Shown here piece after piece: positions 50,194-61,239 of a DNA stretch of 64,000 bases (positions within the stretch are counted from its first letter, which is position 1; the number at the start of each line of letters is the position of its first letter). A model generated the notes under the pieces. The model was not told where the DNA came from. It was given only the letters and a program-made list of their open reading frames with translations, and did not search any database. This DNA comes from an uncultured Gaiellaceae bacterium (lineage in GTDB: Bacteria; Actinomycetota; Thermoleophilia; Gaiellales; Gaiellaceae): positions 11,146-75,145 of the forward strand of contig CAWBBO010000008.1 of NCBI GenBank assembly GCA_963787085.1, in the 5' to 3' direction. A program made the position numbers and the translations under genes.

Positions 50194-51937
50194 CGCCGCA
50201 CGCACCGGGCTGTCACGCCTCTGGCGCTACACGGACGGCCGCCACGGGCGGCTCGTGTTCGTGATGCTGCTCGCCGCCGTCGCGGCGGCGGCGCCGGTCG
50301 CCGGCTGGACGATCGTGGGCGACGCGATCGACAACGGCATCCGCGCGGGGGACGAGGGGCGCCTCGGTGTCGACGTGATCGCCTACGTGGCGATCGGCGT
50401 GGGTGCCTGGGTGATCGGGACGACGACCTGGCTGATGCTCGCCGGTATCGGCCAGCGGATCGTGCTCGAGCTCCGGCGCGACCTGTTCGAGCATCTCACC
50501 TCGCTCTCGCTGCGCTACTTCTCCCAGCAGAAGGCCGGGTGGATCATCGCGCGCCTGACGAGCGACGTGGACGCGCTGTCCGACGTGCTCAACCAGGGGC
50601 TGACGACGCTCGTCGTCAACACGCTCACCCTCGTCGCCGCGGTCGGCGGCCTGTTCCTGCTGGACTGGCGGCTCGGGCTCGTCGCGCTGCTCGTGGTGCC
50701 GCCCGGGATCGTCGTCACACGCTGGTTCCAGCACACCTCGCATGCCGCCTTCGGAGAGGTGCGCACCCGCATCGCCGCGGTCACGGCGCAGCTCGCCGAG
50801 TCGGTCTCGGGCATGGCGGTCGTGCAGGCGTTCAACCGGGAGCGCGCGTTCCAGCAGGAGTTCGAGTCGCTGAACGAGGAGAACCGCAGGGCGAACCTGT
50901 ACGCGCAGAAGCTCTCCTCCCTGTTCTTCCCCGCGATCGAGCTCCTCGGCGTCGTCGCGACGGTGGCCGTCCTCTTCGCGGGCGCGAAGCTGATCGACGG
51001 CGGCTCGCTGGAGATCGGCACGCTCATCGCCGCCGTCGGCATGCTCCAGCTCGTCTTCCAACCTCTGCAGGAGCTCTCCGAGCTCTACGGCCAGGTGCAG
51101 GCAGCGACCGCCGCGATGAACAAGATCACGACCGTCCTCGACGCAGAGCAGGACATCACCGACCGGCCGGGCGCGCGGCCGATCGGCCGCATCGAGGGAC
51201 GCCTCGAGCTGGACGGCGTCGTGTTCGCCTACGGTGACGAGCCGGTCATCCGCGGTATCTCGATCGACGTGCCAGAGGGCGGCTGCATCGCGCTCGTGGG
51301 CGAGTCGGGCGGCGGCAAGTCCACGACGGCGAAGCTGATCGCCCGCTTCTACGACCCGCTCGAGGGCGCCGTGCGCGTCGACGGCACCGACCTACGCGAC
51401 GTGCAGCTGCGCACCTACCGCCGCCAGCTCGGCGTCGTGTTGCAGGATCCGTTCCTCTTCAGCGGCACGATCGCCGACAACATCCGCTTCGCACGGCCCG
51501 ACGCGACCGACGAGGAGGTGGCCGCTGCAGCCCGCGCGATCGGCGTCGACCGTGTCGCCGCCCGCTTCGAGGAGGGCCTCGGCCACGTCGTCCGCGAGGG
51601 CGGCGCCGGCCTGTCGGCGGGCGAAAGGCAGCTCATCTCGATCGCCCGGGCGCTGCTCGCCGACCCGCGCATCCTCATCCTCGACGAGGCGACGTCGAAC
51701 ATCGACCGCCCGAGCGAGGTCCTGATCGAGCAGGCGTTCGACACACTGCTGCGGGGCCGCACCTCGATCATCATCGCCCACCGGCTCGCCACCGTGCGCC
51801 GCGCCGACGAGATCCTCGTGGTCGAGAAGGGCCACGTCGTGCAGCGAGGCACGGAGGCGGAGTTGCTCGCCGAGGAGGGCGCCTACCGGCGCCTCTCGGA
51901 GACGCTGCACGGCTCCCTCAACCGGCGGGTGGCCTGA
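50183..51937 (+). CDS. ABC exporter subunit (TMD+NBD), heterodimer partner
   Basis: GESGGGKST, LSAGERQL, LDEATS, IAHRL. Confidence 0.93.
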   Translation: MPRSAARTGLSRLWRYTDGRHGRLVFVMLLAAVAAAAPVAGWTIVGDAIDNGIRAGDEGRLGVDVIAYVAIGVGAWVIGTTTWLMLAGIGQRIVLELRRDLFEHLTSLSLRYFSQQKAGWIIARLTSDVDALSDVLNQGLTTLVVNTLTLVAAVGGLFLLDWRLGLVALLVVPPGIVVTRWFQHTSHAAFGEVRTRIAAVTAQLAESVSGMAVVQAFNRERAFQQEFESLNEENRRANLYAQKLSSLFFPAIELLGVVATVAVLFAGAKLIDGGSLEIGTLIAAVGMLQLVFQPLQELSELYGQVQAATAAMNKITTVLDAEQDITDRPGARPIGRIEGRLELDGVVFAYGDEPVIRGISIDVPEGGCIALVGESGGGKSTTAKLIARFYDPLEGAVRVDGTDLRDVQLRTYRRQLGVVLQDPFLFSGTIADNIRFARPDATDEEVAAAARAIGVDRVAARFEEGLGHVVREGGAGLSAGERQLISIARALLADPRILILDEATSNIDRPSEVLIEQAFDTLLRGRTSIIIAHRLATVRRADEILVVEKGHVVQRGTEAELLAEEGAYRRLSETLHGSLNRRVA

Positions 51938-51947
51938 GACATCTGCC

Positions 51948-51972
51948 GGGCGAGTCGCGCCTCGCCCCTACG
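51948..51972 (-). repeat. GTAG-family REP overlapping a stop codon between convergent genes
   Basis: GGGCGAGTCGCGCCTCGCCCCTACG. Confidence 0.65.
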
Positions 51973-53185
51973 CGAGCACCCAGACGTCGTCGCGCATGAT
52001 CGGCGTCGCGGCGCCTTCGGCGTCGAGCCCGTCGACGTCCACCTCCGGCCCGCCGATCATGAAATCGGTGTGCACACGGGAGACGTTCAGGCCCATCTCA
52101 ACCTGCTCCTCGGGGCTCATCCCGTCGACGCCGTCGACGGCCATCGGCAGGCCTGTGCCGTAGGCGAGGTGACAGGCAGCGTTCTCGTCGAAGAGGGTGT
52201 TCTGGAACACGAGGCCCGTCTTCTTCACGGCCGACTCGCCGTCGACGAGCGCGACCTCGCCGAGGAACGGGGCCTGCGCGTCGGCTGCCAGTTGGCCGCG
52301 CACGATCTCCTCGCCGGCCGACGCACGCACCTCGACGGCCTTGCCGGCCGAGAACCGCACCTCGAGGTCGCGAACGACGGCACCGGTGACGGACAGCGGG
52401 TACGTGGCCCGCACCGTCCCCTCCGTGCGCCGCCAGTCGGGAGAGGTGAAGACCTCCTCTGTGGGCAGGTTCGGGATGTGCGCGACGTGCTCCTCCGTCT
52501 CGAAGGCGGCGCACATCCAGCGGGACGCGGGCAGCAGGCCCACGGTGAGGTCGGTGCCAGGCCCGTGGAAGCGGATCGCGTCGAAGCGGTGCTCGTTGAG
52601 GCTCTGCGCGCGCGCCTTCAGCTTGGCGTCGTGCGCGCGCCAGGCTGCGACGGGGTCGGGTGCGTCGAGCCGCGTCGCGACGGCAACGGCCTGCCAGAGG
52701 CGCTCGAGATCCGGGTCGCCGAAGACGGTGGTCGCCCAGCCCGCGTTCGGCGACGACACGATCGCCCAGCTGATCAGCCGCTCGGCGACGAGCGGCAGAT
52801 AGATGGCCCGCAGGTCGTGCGGCTCCGAGCGTGCGACGAGCGCCGGGTCGAGGCCGCCGAGCAGCTCCGGCTCGAAGTCGCCGGTCAGCTGGATCAGCGC
52901 CGGGCGCGTGTCGCGCCAGCCGCGCACCCATTCGAGGATGTGCGGCGGCGACTGTCCGAGCATCTCGCCGGGGCCGAGCTCGATCGCGGCACGGCGCAGA
53001 TACAGGTCGCCGTAGTTGACGATCACGCGTTTGGCGCCGGCGCGGTAGGCCTCACGGGCGACGGCGCGCGCGGTGTCGACGTGCTCGACCTGACAGAGCA
53101 CGACAGCCTCCTGTCCAGGCTGCACGTTCGCCCCGACGCGGACGACGAGCTCGGCGTAGCGCTGCAGGCGGTCGTCCGGCGTCAA
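51968..53185 (-). CDS. M29 aminopeptidase (AmpS/PepS)
   Basis: [54 protein letters not shown]. Confidence 0.92.
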   Translation of the reverse strand: MTPDDRLQRYAELVVRVGANVQPGQEAVVLCQVEHVDTARAVAREAYRAGAKRVIVNYGDLYLRRAAIELGPGEMLGQSPPHILEWVRGWRDTRPALIQLTGDFEPELLGGLDPALVARSEPHDLRAIYLPLVAERLISWAIVSSPNAGWATTVFGDPDLERLWQAVAVATRLDAPDPVAAWRAHDAKLKARAQSLNEHRFDAIRFHGPGTDLTVGLLPASRWMCAAFETEEHVAHIPNLPTEEVFTSPDWRRTEGTVRATYPLSVTGAVVRDLEVRFSAGKAVEVRASAGEEIVRGQLAADAQAPFLGEVALVDGESAVKKTGLVFQNTLFDENAACHLAYGTGLPMAVDGVDGMSPEEQVEMGLNVSRVHTDFMIGGPEVDVDGLDAEGAATPIMRDDVWVLA

Positions 53186-53300
53186 GCGGCAGAGCCTAGC
53201 GCAGGGATGCTGCTGCAGGGCGCGATAGCCGAGAGGTGAGCACCTCGGGCGCCCGGCGCGAGCGGACGGCCGTGCCGTCCGCTGTCGAAACCTGTGCCGG

Positions 53301-53615
53301 CTAGTCGCCCCAGTCGAAGTCTCGCGTACGACCCCACAGGGTCTCGTCGAGCGCAGGGCCTGCGGAAGGCTGATTCTCGACGGTCTCCTCGCCGGGCCAC
53401 GGCAAGGCGGAGTGGAGCACGATGGCGGGCTCACCGTCGAGGGTCTCCTCGAGGCGGGCCTGTTCCTCGGACTTGAACAGCGGGTGGTTCTCGAACGGAT
53501 CCTCGGACTGGTAGCGGCCGAGCGGCATGTCGCCGTCGAGGTCCGCGTTGCGTTCCTTCAATTCCAGGTGATCCTGGATCACACGTGCGAAGGGTGACTC
53601 CGTCTGCACTTGCAT
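53301..53615 (-). CDS. Hypothetical acidic protein
   Basis: AGGAGG RBS; [20 protein letters not shown]...RDFDWGD. Confidence 0.7.
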   Translation of the reverse strand: MQVQTESPFARVIQDHLELKERNADLDGDMPLGRYQSEDPFENHPLFKSEEQARLEETLDGEPAIVLHSALPWPGEETVENQPSAGPALDETLWGRTRDFDWGD

Positions 53616-53786
53616 CGGGCCTCCTGCGATCGGGGACAGGGCAGAACTGCAGTGAACCAGGAGGTCAAGTCTACCGGACACCGAAATCCCTGCAAAGCGA
53701 GGATCGCGCCGATCGCGCACGATCGTCGGAGCCGGTGCGCTGCGGCCGCCGCACCACCCCCTGCAGCCGTGTGCGAGGATGGAGGC

Positions 53787-53999
53787 ATGTCGCCTCGCCT
53801 GACACGTGTTCCCAAGAGCCCCGTCGCCATGGGCTGGGTGCTCTACAAGCTCTGGCGCCGGCTGCCGCCGAAGCAGCGCCGTCAGCTGCTCGAGGCGGCC
53901 CGCACCCACGGCCCGCGCGTCGCGTCGGCCGCGGCGGCCGCCGCGGCGACGCGAGCGAAGAGCAAGGTGGCGAAGAGCAAGAAGAAGCGCTCCGGCTAG
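53787..53999 (+). CDS. Small basic hypothetical protein
   Basis: MGWVLYKLWRRLPPKQRRQLLEAARTHGP; start uncertain (53787 or 53829). Confidence 0.55.
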   Translation: MSPRLTRVPKSPVAMGWVLYKLWRRLPPKQRRQLLEAARTHGPRVASAAAAAAATRAKSKVAKSKKKRSG

Positions 54000-56927
54000 A
54001 CGGGCTCGACGCCGAGCGCGGCCCGCACGATGCGGTCCTGCCCACGCTGATGCGCGGTGGGGTAGCCCTCGCTCGGCGCGGCGCGCCACGGCCTGCCGAC
54101 GTAGGTGACACCCGGTGCGGTCGAGCTCGATCGGGTGGCGTCGTCGAGCCGGTGGCGGATCGAGCGCCACGCGCCCATGTTCTGGGGCTCCTCCTGGGCC
54201 CAGACGATCTCCCTGAGGCCGGGGTAGGCCGCCACGAGCTCGGCCACGGCGGCCACCGGGAACGGATACAGCTGCTCCAGGCGGACGACTGCGACCGTGG
54301 TCGCGGCGGCGCGCTCGTCGTGGCTTTCGATGTCGTAGAAGAGCTTGCCGCTGCAGAGCACGAGCCGGTGGACGCCGGCGCGATCGGTGACCAGGGGATC
54401 GTCGAGCACGGGGCGAAAGCGACCGCCCGACAGGCCGGCCAGCGTCGACGATGCCTGGCGGAGCCGCAGCAGGCCCTTCGGCGTCATCACGACGAGCGGC
54501 CGCGCGGTGGCGTCGAGCGCCTGCCGGCGCAGCAGGTGGAAGAACTGGGCGGCCGTGGTGCAGTTCGCGATGCGGATGTTGTCCTGCGCACCCTGCTGCA
54601 GGAACCGCTCGAGGCGCGCGCTCGAATGCTCGGGCCCGTTGCCCTCGTAGCCGTGTGGCAGGAGGAGCGTCAGGCGCGACGTCTGGCCCCACTTCGAGCG
54701 GCCCGCCACGAGGAACTGGTCGATCACGATCTGGGCGCCGTTGACGAAGTCACCGAACTGCGCCTCCCAGAGGACGAGCGCGTCGGGCGCGGCCACCGAG
54801 TAGCCGTACTCGAAGCCGAGGGCCGCGTACTCGGACAGCGGGGAGTTGTACACCTCGAACGAAGCGGTTGCACCGGGAAGATGCTGGATCGGCGCGTACG
54901 TCTCCCCGGTGTGGGGGTCGTGGAACACCAGATGGCGGTGGGCGAACGTGCCGCGCTCCGCATCCTGCCCGGACAGCCGCACGGGGATGCCCTCCTCGAG
55001 CAGCGAGCCGTAGGCGAGCGCCTCCGCCTGCCCCCAGTCGATACCGCCTTCGACGATCGTGACCCGCCGGCGCTCGAGCTGCCGTGCCAGCTTCTCGTTG
55101 ATCGTGAACCCGTCGGGGACTGCCAGCAGTTGCTCGTTCAGCTGCTGCAGCCGCTCCTCCGGGACCGCGGTGACGACCGCGTCGCCGGTCGTCGCGGCGG
55201 GCACGGGATCGGACGCAAGAGGCGGCGCAGGTGCCGGCGGTGGTGACACCACCTGCCCGATCAGAGACTTGAGCCGCTCGTGCGCTGCCCGCAGCGCGTG
55301 GGCGACCTCGTCGACCGCTGCTTGCGCCTCGTTTGCCGTGATCACGGCCTCCTCGACGAGACGGGCTGCGTAGAGCTCCCGCACGGTCGGGTGCTGCTGG
55401 ATGCGCTCGGCCATCAACGGTTGCGTGTACGCGGCGTCGTCCTGCTCGTTGTGACCGAGACGCCGGTAGCCGACCAGGTCGATGACGAAGTCGTGGCCGA
55501 ACTCGGCCCGGTAGGCGAGCGCGAGGCGCACGGAGGCGAGAGCCGCCTCGGGGTCGTCGGCGTTCACGTGCACGATGGGCACGTCGAAGCCCTTCGCGAG
55601 GTCGCTCGAATAGCGGGTGGAGCGACTTTCGGCCGGATCGGTCGTGTAGCCCACCTGGTTGTTCGTGATCAGGTGGAGCGTACCGCCGGTCGCATACCCC
55701 TCCAGGCTCTGCAGGTTGAGCGTCTCGGCTACGACCCCCTGCCCCGGAAAGGCCGCGTCGCCGTGGATGAGCACCGGCAGCGCCACCGCCGGATCGTGGC
55801 GACCCGCACCGCCGCCGCGGTCCGTCTGCTCCGCTCGGGCGCGGCCCTCGACGACCGGACCCTCGGCTTCGAGGTGGCTCGGGTTGGGCACGACCGTCAC
55901 GTCGATCTCTCCAGCGGGCGTGACGCGCGCGCCCGACGCGGGCAGGTGGTACTTCACGTCGCCGGTGCCGCCCTCCGGGTCGCGCACGAGCGCGTCGATC
56001 GACCGCTCGCCCTCGAACTCGCGCAGGATCGACTCGTACGAGCGCCCGACGGTGTGCACGAGGGCGTTCAGCCGGCCGCGGTGGGCCATGCCGATCACGA
56101 CCTCGTGCGCCCCCGCCTCGGCGGCGAGCTCGATGGCCGTGTCGAGCATCGGCACGAGGGACTCGAGGCCCTCCAGCGAGAACTGCTTCTGCCCCAGGAA
56201 CGACCGGCGCAGGTACTGCTCGAAGCCCTCCGCCTGCGAGAGTCGTCGCAGCAACGCGGTGCGCTGCTCCGGCTCGAGCGGGGTGCGGAAGCGCCCCGAC
56301 TCGATCGCCTGGCGGAGCCAGACGCGCTCCGCATGGTCGGAGATGTGCTCGATCTCGTAGGCGATGGAGCCGGTGTAGACCTCGCGCAGGCGCGGCAGCA
56401 CGTCGAGGAGCGTCTCGCCCTCGACGTACAGGCGCAGCAGCGAAGCCGGAATGCGGGCCTGCAGCTCGGGTGTCAGGGCGGGGACGAGGCGGGACTCGTC
56501 GAGGGCAGGGTCACCGGGCGGCTCCGAACCGAGAGGGTCGAGCCGGGCGGCGAGATGGCCGTGCATGCGATACGCCTTCACGAGCGCCATCGCGGCGGCG
56601 ACGCCGCCGAGGAGCGTCTCGTCGACACCTGCGGCAGCAGGCGGGATGGTCGCCGCGGCCGCCGCGGCGGGCACCGGAGCAGGAACGGCGGCGGGAGGAG
56701 CGAGCGGGAGGAGCGGCGGCGACGACCTCCCGGCCGGGCTTGCCGTTCGCAGGCAGGCGCTGCTCCAGCAGGCGGGCGAGCCCCGGGAGGGCGGCGAGCG
56801 CGACGTCCGGATCGCGCTCGAAGACGGCGCGCCATTCGGCCGGGACGCTGGCGGGCGCCTCCAGGTAGTCCTCGAGCAGCTGGCTGACGTAGCCGGCGTT
56901 GAGGCCGTTGAGATCGCCTGCGCTCAT
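53996..56927 (-). CDS. sucA: 2-oxoglutarate dehydrogenase E1 (frameshift ~56700)
   Basis: GLNAGYV, GMAHRGRLN, GDVKYHL, HGDAAFPGQG, RLSGQD, WEAQFGDF, LLPHGYEG.GPEHSSAR. Confidence 0.95.
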
Positions 56928-57018
56928 CCGCTCGTGTTGTACCAGCGGCGTCGTTCTGCACTGAGCTTCTGGCGGCGGCCAGACGGCGTGTGCTTCGTCG
57001 TGATGGAGGCTTCTACGG

Positions 57019-57309
57019 TCAGATGAGCGGGTTTTCGGTGATGACCACCAGAGTCATCCCCACGATCCACGCGACCATCGCGAACACGGCTGCCTTGAGC
57101 GCCAGGCTCTGGAACCGCGGGCTCATCCGTGCGGCCACGAGCGCTGCGATGATCGCGACCGGGGCCAGCCGCGCCGGGCGGGCGTCGAGCTCGAGGAGCA
57201 GCCCCAATCCCATCGCGATGCCCGAGAGCACGATCGAGCCGACCGCGAGCACGCCCGCGACGGCGTCGACCGGCGAGAACCGCTGCGACGGCGAATCGAT
57301 CGTGCTCAC
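57019..57309 (-). CDS. Small membrane protein
   Basis: GGAGGT RBS, GTG start overlapping the upstream stop; three TM. Confidence 0.6.
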   Translation of the reverse strand: MSTIDSPSQRFSPVDAVAGVLAVGSIVLSGIAMGLGLLLELDARPARLAPVAIIAALVAARMSPRFQSLALKAAVFAMVAWIVGMTLVVITENPLI

Positions 57310-57572
57310 TGCCGCACCTCCGCTCGGGTCGAGGTGGCAACGCGCGGAGGACGTCCGGGGCGCCGGGACGGTCGCGGGTGCCCGGAGGGACGCGGCCGAC
57401 CGCCTCTCGTCCAGTGCGGGCCGGCGGCCGCGGGCGGCGTGTCCTCGATCGCCACGACCCCGACAGGCTCGGCGGGACGCGGCTCGCCGCGGATCGCGTA
57501 CCAGACGACCACGCAGAGGTAGACGATCGGGATCTTGAGGATCAGCAGCATGAAGACGATCTCCCACACCAT
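57306..57572 (-). CDS. Small membrane protein
   Basis: MVWEIVFMLLILKIPIVYLCVVVWYAIRGEP. Confidence 0.6.
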   Translation of the reverse strand: MVWEIVFMLLILKIPIVYLCVVVWYAIRGEPRPAEPVGVVAIEDTPPAAAGPHWTRGGRPRPSGHPRPSRRPGRPPRVATSTRAEVRQ

Positions 57573-57583
57573 GAGCGGCAAGT

Positions 57584-57868
57584 CTACGGCATCCGCCCGA
57601 GTCGTCGTTGACGGCGGGCGAGCAACGCCGCCGCGAGCACGTTGACGACGCCGCCGAGCAGCGCCACCGCGAGGAGCCCGCTTCCGAACGTCGTCGCCGT
57701 GCTCGCTCCCGTACGGGTGACCGCGACGAGCACGAGCGGGCCTGCGTGCACGTCGACCGTGCGACCGCCGGACTGCGCGACGACGGCGACCGCAGCGGCG
57801 AGCGCGTACCCGAGCAGGCCGGCCGCGGCGGCGCCGAGCACGAACGCCCTCACGACCACGGCCCGCAT
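57584..57868 (-). CDS. Small 2-TM protein, putative immunity factor
   Basis: GGGAGG RBS; last gene of the peptide/ABC operon. Confidence 0.55.
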   Translation of the reverse strand: MRAVVVRAFVLGAAAAGLLGYALAAAVAVVAQSGGRTVDVHAGPLVLVAVTRTGASTATTFGSGLLAVALLGGVVNVLAAALLARRQRRLGRMP

Positions 57869-58671
57869 GCCGTCCTCCCGTCCGACGCCAGCACGGTCAG
57901 CCCGAGGGCGTGCAACGCCGCCGGCCCGCCGGCCGCCGCGAGCGTCGGGATGCCGAGCGAGACGGCCACGGCCAGCAACCCCGTGCCGACAGCGGCGACG
58001 AGCGCAGGTCCGGCTACCGCGACCAGGGCACGCCGGGCGACACCAGCCGGGGCGTGCACGACCGAGACGCGGCTGCCGCGCACGACGAGCGCGCTCGGCA
58101 CGCCACGGAGAGCCGCCGCATGGGCGGCTTCGTGGGCCACGATCGCCGCGCCGACAGCGAGGCCGACGATGCCGGGAACGACGAGCGACGGGCGGCCGGC
58201 GACCAGCCCGACGTGCGCCACGAGAGCTGCCGCCACGAGCGCAAGCGCTGCGCACCGCACCGCGAGCGCCCGGCCGACGCCGGCAACCGCGCGAAGGACC
58301 GTGCTCGTGTCCAGCGGCCGCCGGCGCACGTCGAACGGCGGCACCGCGCCGGCAGGTGCGAGGCGCACCGCGAGGCGCAGCCAGGCGACCGCGTGGCGCA
58401 GGCGGCCGGCGCGGCGGTCGACGTTCGCGAGCGCGAGGCGGTTGAGCTGCCAGGCAAAGGCGAGCACGTCGCCGCGCGCGCGCTCGACGGGGAGCGAGTA
58501 GGCGACTGCGACGCTGTCGGCCACCTCCCCGAGTGTGCGTCCTTGACGGGCGAGCACGAACGCGCCTGTGGCGTTCACCGGCCACGACCTGCGGGCGACG
58601 CGGTCGACGAGAATCCTGTCACGCAAGGCGACGCCGTCGGCGAGGGCGATCCTGTCGGAGGCCTCGAGCAT
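57850..58671 (-). CDS. PqqD/RRE domain fused to a membrane HExxH metallopeptidase
   Basis: N-terminal SWPVNATGAFVL...TLGEVADSVAVAYSLPVERARGDVLAFAWQLNRLAL (RRE pattern); IVAHEAAHA at the end of a TM; VAVAGP (M50-like). Confidence 0.75.
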   Translation of the reverse strand: MLEASDRIALADGVALRDRILVDRVARRSWPVNATGAFVLARQGRTLGEVADSVAVAYSLPVERARGDVLAFAWQLNRLALANVDRRAGRLRHAVAWLRLAVRLAPAGAVPPFDVRRRPLDTSTVLRAVAGVGRALAVRCAALALVAAALVAHVGLVAGRPSLVVPGIVGLAVGAAIVAHEAAHAAALRGVPSALVVRGSRVSVVHAPAGVARRALVAVAGPALVAAVGTGLLAVAVSLGIPTLAAAGGPAALHALGLTVLASDGRTACGPWS

Positions 58672-60068
58672 CAGCCCACCCGGCGCGTGAGCGCCCCCAA
58701 CGAGACGGCGGCGGCAGCGACGAGCACGCACGCCGCGGCAGGAGCGTCGGGAACGCCGGCCGCGACGAGCCGTGGGCCGGCCACGCCCGCGGCCGCAGAC
58801 AGCAGGCCGGCACACGCCGCGAACACCGCGAAGGACGCGACCTGGTCGCCCATCGTCGCCCCGCGCCAGGGCACGAGCGCGCCCGCGAGCGCCGCCGCGG
58901 CCGCCAGCCCGAGCGCGACGAAGGCGACCTCGGCGAGTGCGTGCGGTGCAACCGCGGAGACGACTGCGGAGAGGGCGAGGATCGGGATCAGGGCAGCCAG
59001 CAGCACGGCGTGGGCTGCACCGACGAGCGCGACGCACGGGAGCATGCGCCCACGGGGCGCGCAGGCCCACGTCCAACGGCCGGCCCCCAGCACGCCGCCC
59101 ACGACAAGAGGGACGAGAGCTGCACCGAGCAAGGTCGTGCTCGCACCGAGGTGCAGAGGTCCAGGCGCCGGGACTCCGGCTCCGCGAGCGAGCACGACGC
59201 CGCCGAGACCGAGCCCGACGGCTGCGGACACGGCGAGCCGCAGGTCACGACGTCGTACCAGCAGCACCGTGGCGGCAGAGGCGAGCGCCGTCACGAGAGG
59301 CCCGGACACACGGCAGCGCCGGGATGAGCGCGCCGCCGGCATCCGGTCGGGACGGCGAGCGGCCAGCTCGAGCCAGGCCAGACCGCCCAGGACGGCCGCT
59401 CCGACCGCCGCGGTGAGCGCGAGAGCGGCGTCGGCGCCACCGGCGAGCGCAGCGCCGACGGGAGCGAGCGGACCAAGCTCCGCCGATCCGAGGAGCGTGC
59501 CTGCCCCCGTCCAGGCCGCGCCGAGGGACAGCAGCGAGGCGAGACCGCGGTGCGGGGCTCCCGACCAGGCGTGGAGCACGCTCTCGGCCGCAACCGCGCC
59601 GGCCGCCGCCCCTGTCCCTGCGGCGGCGACGAGACCGATCCCGGCGATGACACCGCCGGCAGAGGCGGCACCGAGCGGGACGGCGAGCGCGAGAGCTGCA
59701 GGCAGGCCCACTGCGAGGGCCGCACAGGCCGGGAAGAGCACGGTGGCGAAAAGTGCCGCCCGGGGCCCGACAGGCAATGCTGCGAGCTGGGGGCCAAGGG
59801 ATCGACGCCCCGCCGTCGTGACGCAGACGGCGGCGCCCGCGCTCGCGCCGGCGACCGCAGGGGCGAGCGCGAGACGGCTCGCGAACGCAGGGTCCTGCAG
59901 CAGCGGCCGCAGCACGGTGCCGAGCGCGTGGCCGAGGCGCCAGGATGCCAGTGGTGCAGCCACGGCGGCGACGAGCACACAGGCTCCCGGCAGCGGTGCG
60001 GCTCGCAGCGCGCCGAGGATGCGGCGCCGCTGGCAGCGGAGCACCGCCCTAGACAGCTGCCAGGCCAA
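58671..60068 (-). CDS. Multi-TM ABC permease-like protein
   Basis: Very hydrophobic, Ala/Gly/Leu-rich; coupled to both neighbours; start uncertain. Confidence 0.65.
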   Translation of the reverse strand: MAWQLSRAVLRCQRRRILGALRAAPLPGACVLVAAVAAPLASWRLGHALGTVLRPLLQDPAFASRLALAPAVAGASAGAAVCVTTAGRRSLGPQLAALPVGPRAALFATVLFPACAALAVGLPAALALAVPLGAASAGGVIAGIGLVAAAGTGAAAGAVAAESVLHAWSGAPHRGLASLLSLGAAWTGAGTLLGSAELGPLAPVGAALAGGADAALALTAAVGAAVLGGLAWLELAARRPDRMPAARSSRRCRVSGPLVTALASAATVLLVRRRDLRLAVSAAVGLGLGGVVLARGAGVPAPGPLHLGASTTLLGAALVPLVVGGVLGAGRWTWACAPRGRMLPCVALVGAAHAVLLAALIPILALSAVVSAVAPHALAEVAFVALGLAAAAALAGALVPWRGATMGDQVASFAVFAACAGLLSAAAGVAGPRLVAAGVPDAPAAACVLVAAAAVSLGALTRRVG

Positions 60069-60810
60069 CCCGCACCCTCTCCGCCAGCGCCTGCTCGCCG
60101 AGAACGGCGAGGAAGACGTCCTCGAGCGTCTCGACGGCGTAGCGACTGCACAACCCGGCCGGCGTCCCCTGCTCGAGGACGGAGCCGCGGGCGAGCAGGA
60201 CGACGACGTCGCACGTCCTCGAGGCGAAATGCAGATCCTGAGTCGCGAGCAACACGCCGCTGCCACGGGCTGCCAGCGCCCCGACTGCCTCGCGCAGCAC
60301 GACGACCGCTTCGGGGTCGAGCGTCGCCGACGCCTCGTCCACGAGCAGCAGAGGCGGAGCCAGCGAGAGCGCCGCGACCGCGCTCGCCTGGCGTCGCAAG
60401 CCGCGGGAGAGCGACCCGAGCGGCATGCCGAGACGGCCCTCCAGCCCGAATGCACCGATCAGCACGCGAGCGCGAGCGGCCGCGTCGGGGCCTGCGCCCC
60501 AGAGCACCTGGACGAGCGCAACGAGCTCGGCGACGGTGAGCTCGTCGAAGCCGGACGGCTCGTCGGGGACGAGCGCGAGCGCCCGCCGCGCTGCGCGGCT
60601 GCCGGCCGCTGCGCCTCCGACGAGCGCCTCACCGTGGTCGGCCCGCGCGAGGCCCGCCACGACATGGAGCAGCGTCGTCTTCCCCGAGCCGTTCGGCCCG
60701 ACGAGGCCGACGACGGAGCCGGCGCGCACGTGCAGGCCGACGCCGTCGAGGGCGACGACGCCGCCGTAGCGCTTGCAGAGACCCCTGGCCTCGAGCGGCG
60801 CCGCCGGGCC
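60049..60810 (-). CDS. ABC transporter ATP-binding protein
   Basis: GPNGSGKTT, LSRGLRR, LLVDEASATLDP; start codon not clear. Confidence 0.85.
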   Translation of the reverse strand, partial: GPAAPLEARGLCKRYGGVVALDGVGLHVRAGSVVGLVGPNGSGKTTLLHVVAGLARADHGEALVGGAAAGSRAARRALALVPDEPSGFDELTVAELVALVQVLWGAGPDAAARARVLIGAFGLEGRLGMPLGSLSRGLRRQASAVAALSLAPPLLLVDEASATLDPEAVVVLREAVGALAARGSGVLLATQDLHFASRTCDVVVLLARGSVLEQGTPAGLCSRYAVETLEDVFLAVLGEQALAERVRVGLAAV

Positions 60811-60813
60811 GCG

Positions 60814-60837
60814 GGGAGGGCGGCCGGCCGCCCTCCC
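60814..60837 (-). terminator. Hairpin directly after the precursor gene (attenuator or stabiliser)
   Basis: GGGAGGGCGGCCGGCCGCCCTCCC perfect palindrome; no U-tract. Confidence 0.5.
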
Positions 60838-60847
60838 GTCGACCGAG

Positions 60848-61066
60848 TTACTTCTTGCAGACAACCTTGAAGCCCGACCAGCCGAACGAGATCTCGGCGC
60901 TGCCGCCGCCGCGGCGGCACCAGGCCGCGTAGGCGAGTGCGATTGCGTACGCGAACCCGACGACGACGACCCACCAGACGGCGTCCTCGGTCTCGGCGAG
61001 CTCACCCTGGTAGGCCAGAGCGGGTGCAGCGTACGAAGGCCCCGCAAGTGCGAGCGCGGTTCCCAT
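60848..61066 (-). CDS. Putative RiPP/bacteriocin precursor, 72 aa
   Basis: AAGGGAGG RBS; leader ending GELAETEDA; hydrophobic core VWWVVVVGFAYAIALAYAAWC-RRGGGSAEISFGWSGFKVVCKK. Confidence 0.7.
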   Translation of the reverse strand: MGTALALAGPSYAAPALAYQGELAETEDAVWWVVVVGFAYAIALAYAAWCRRGGGSAEISFGWSGFKVVCKK

Positions 61067-61239
61067 GCGTCCTCCCTTCGGTCGTGTTGAGGTGACACAG
61101 ATCACGCTAGAGAGGCAACAGCGACAGGTGTGTGCCGTGTTCGTGCCGAAAGTGCACCTGCCGTCCCCGAGCGCAGGTTCCTCACATTCCCCTCACATGG
61201 GGTTCGGTACGGTGACCCGCATAACCCGTCCAAGGAGGA

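Noticed and set aside
57910-60870. Long alternative-frame ORFs (e.g. 986 aa at 57910-60870, 800 aa at 36894-39296, 678 aa at 34509-36545)
   Set aside because: They are Arg/Ala/Pro-rich shadow ORFs overlapping well-supported genes, as expected in ~70% GC DNA.
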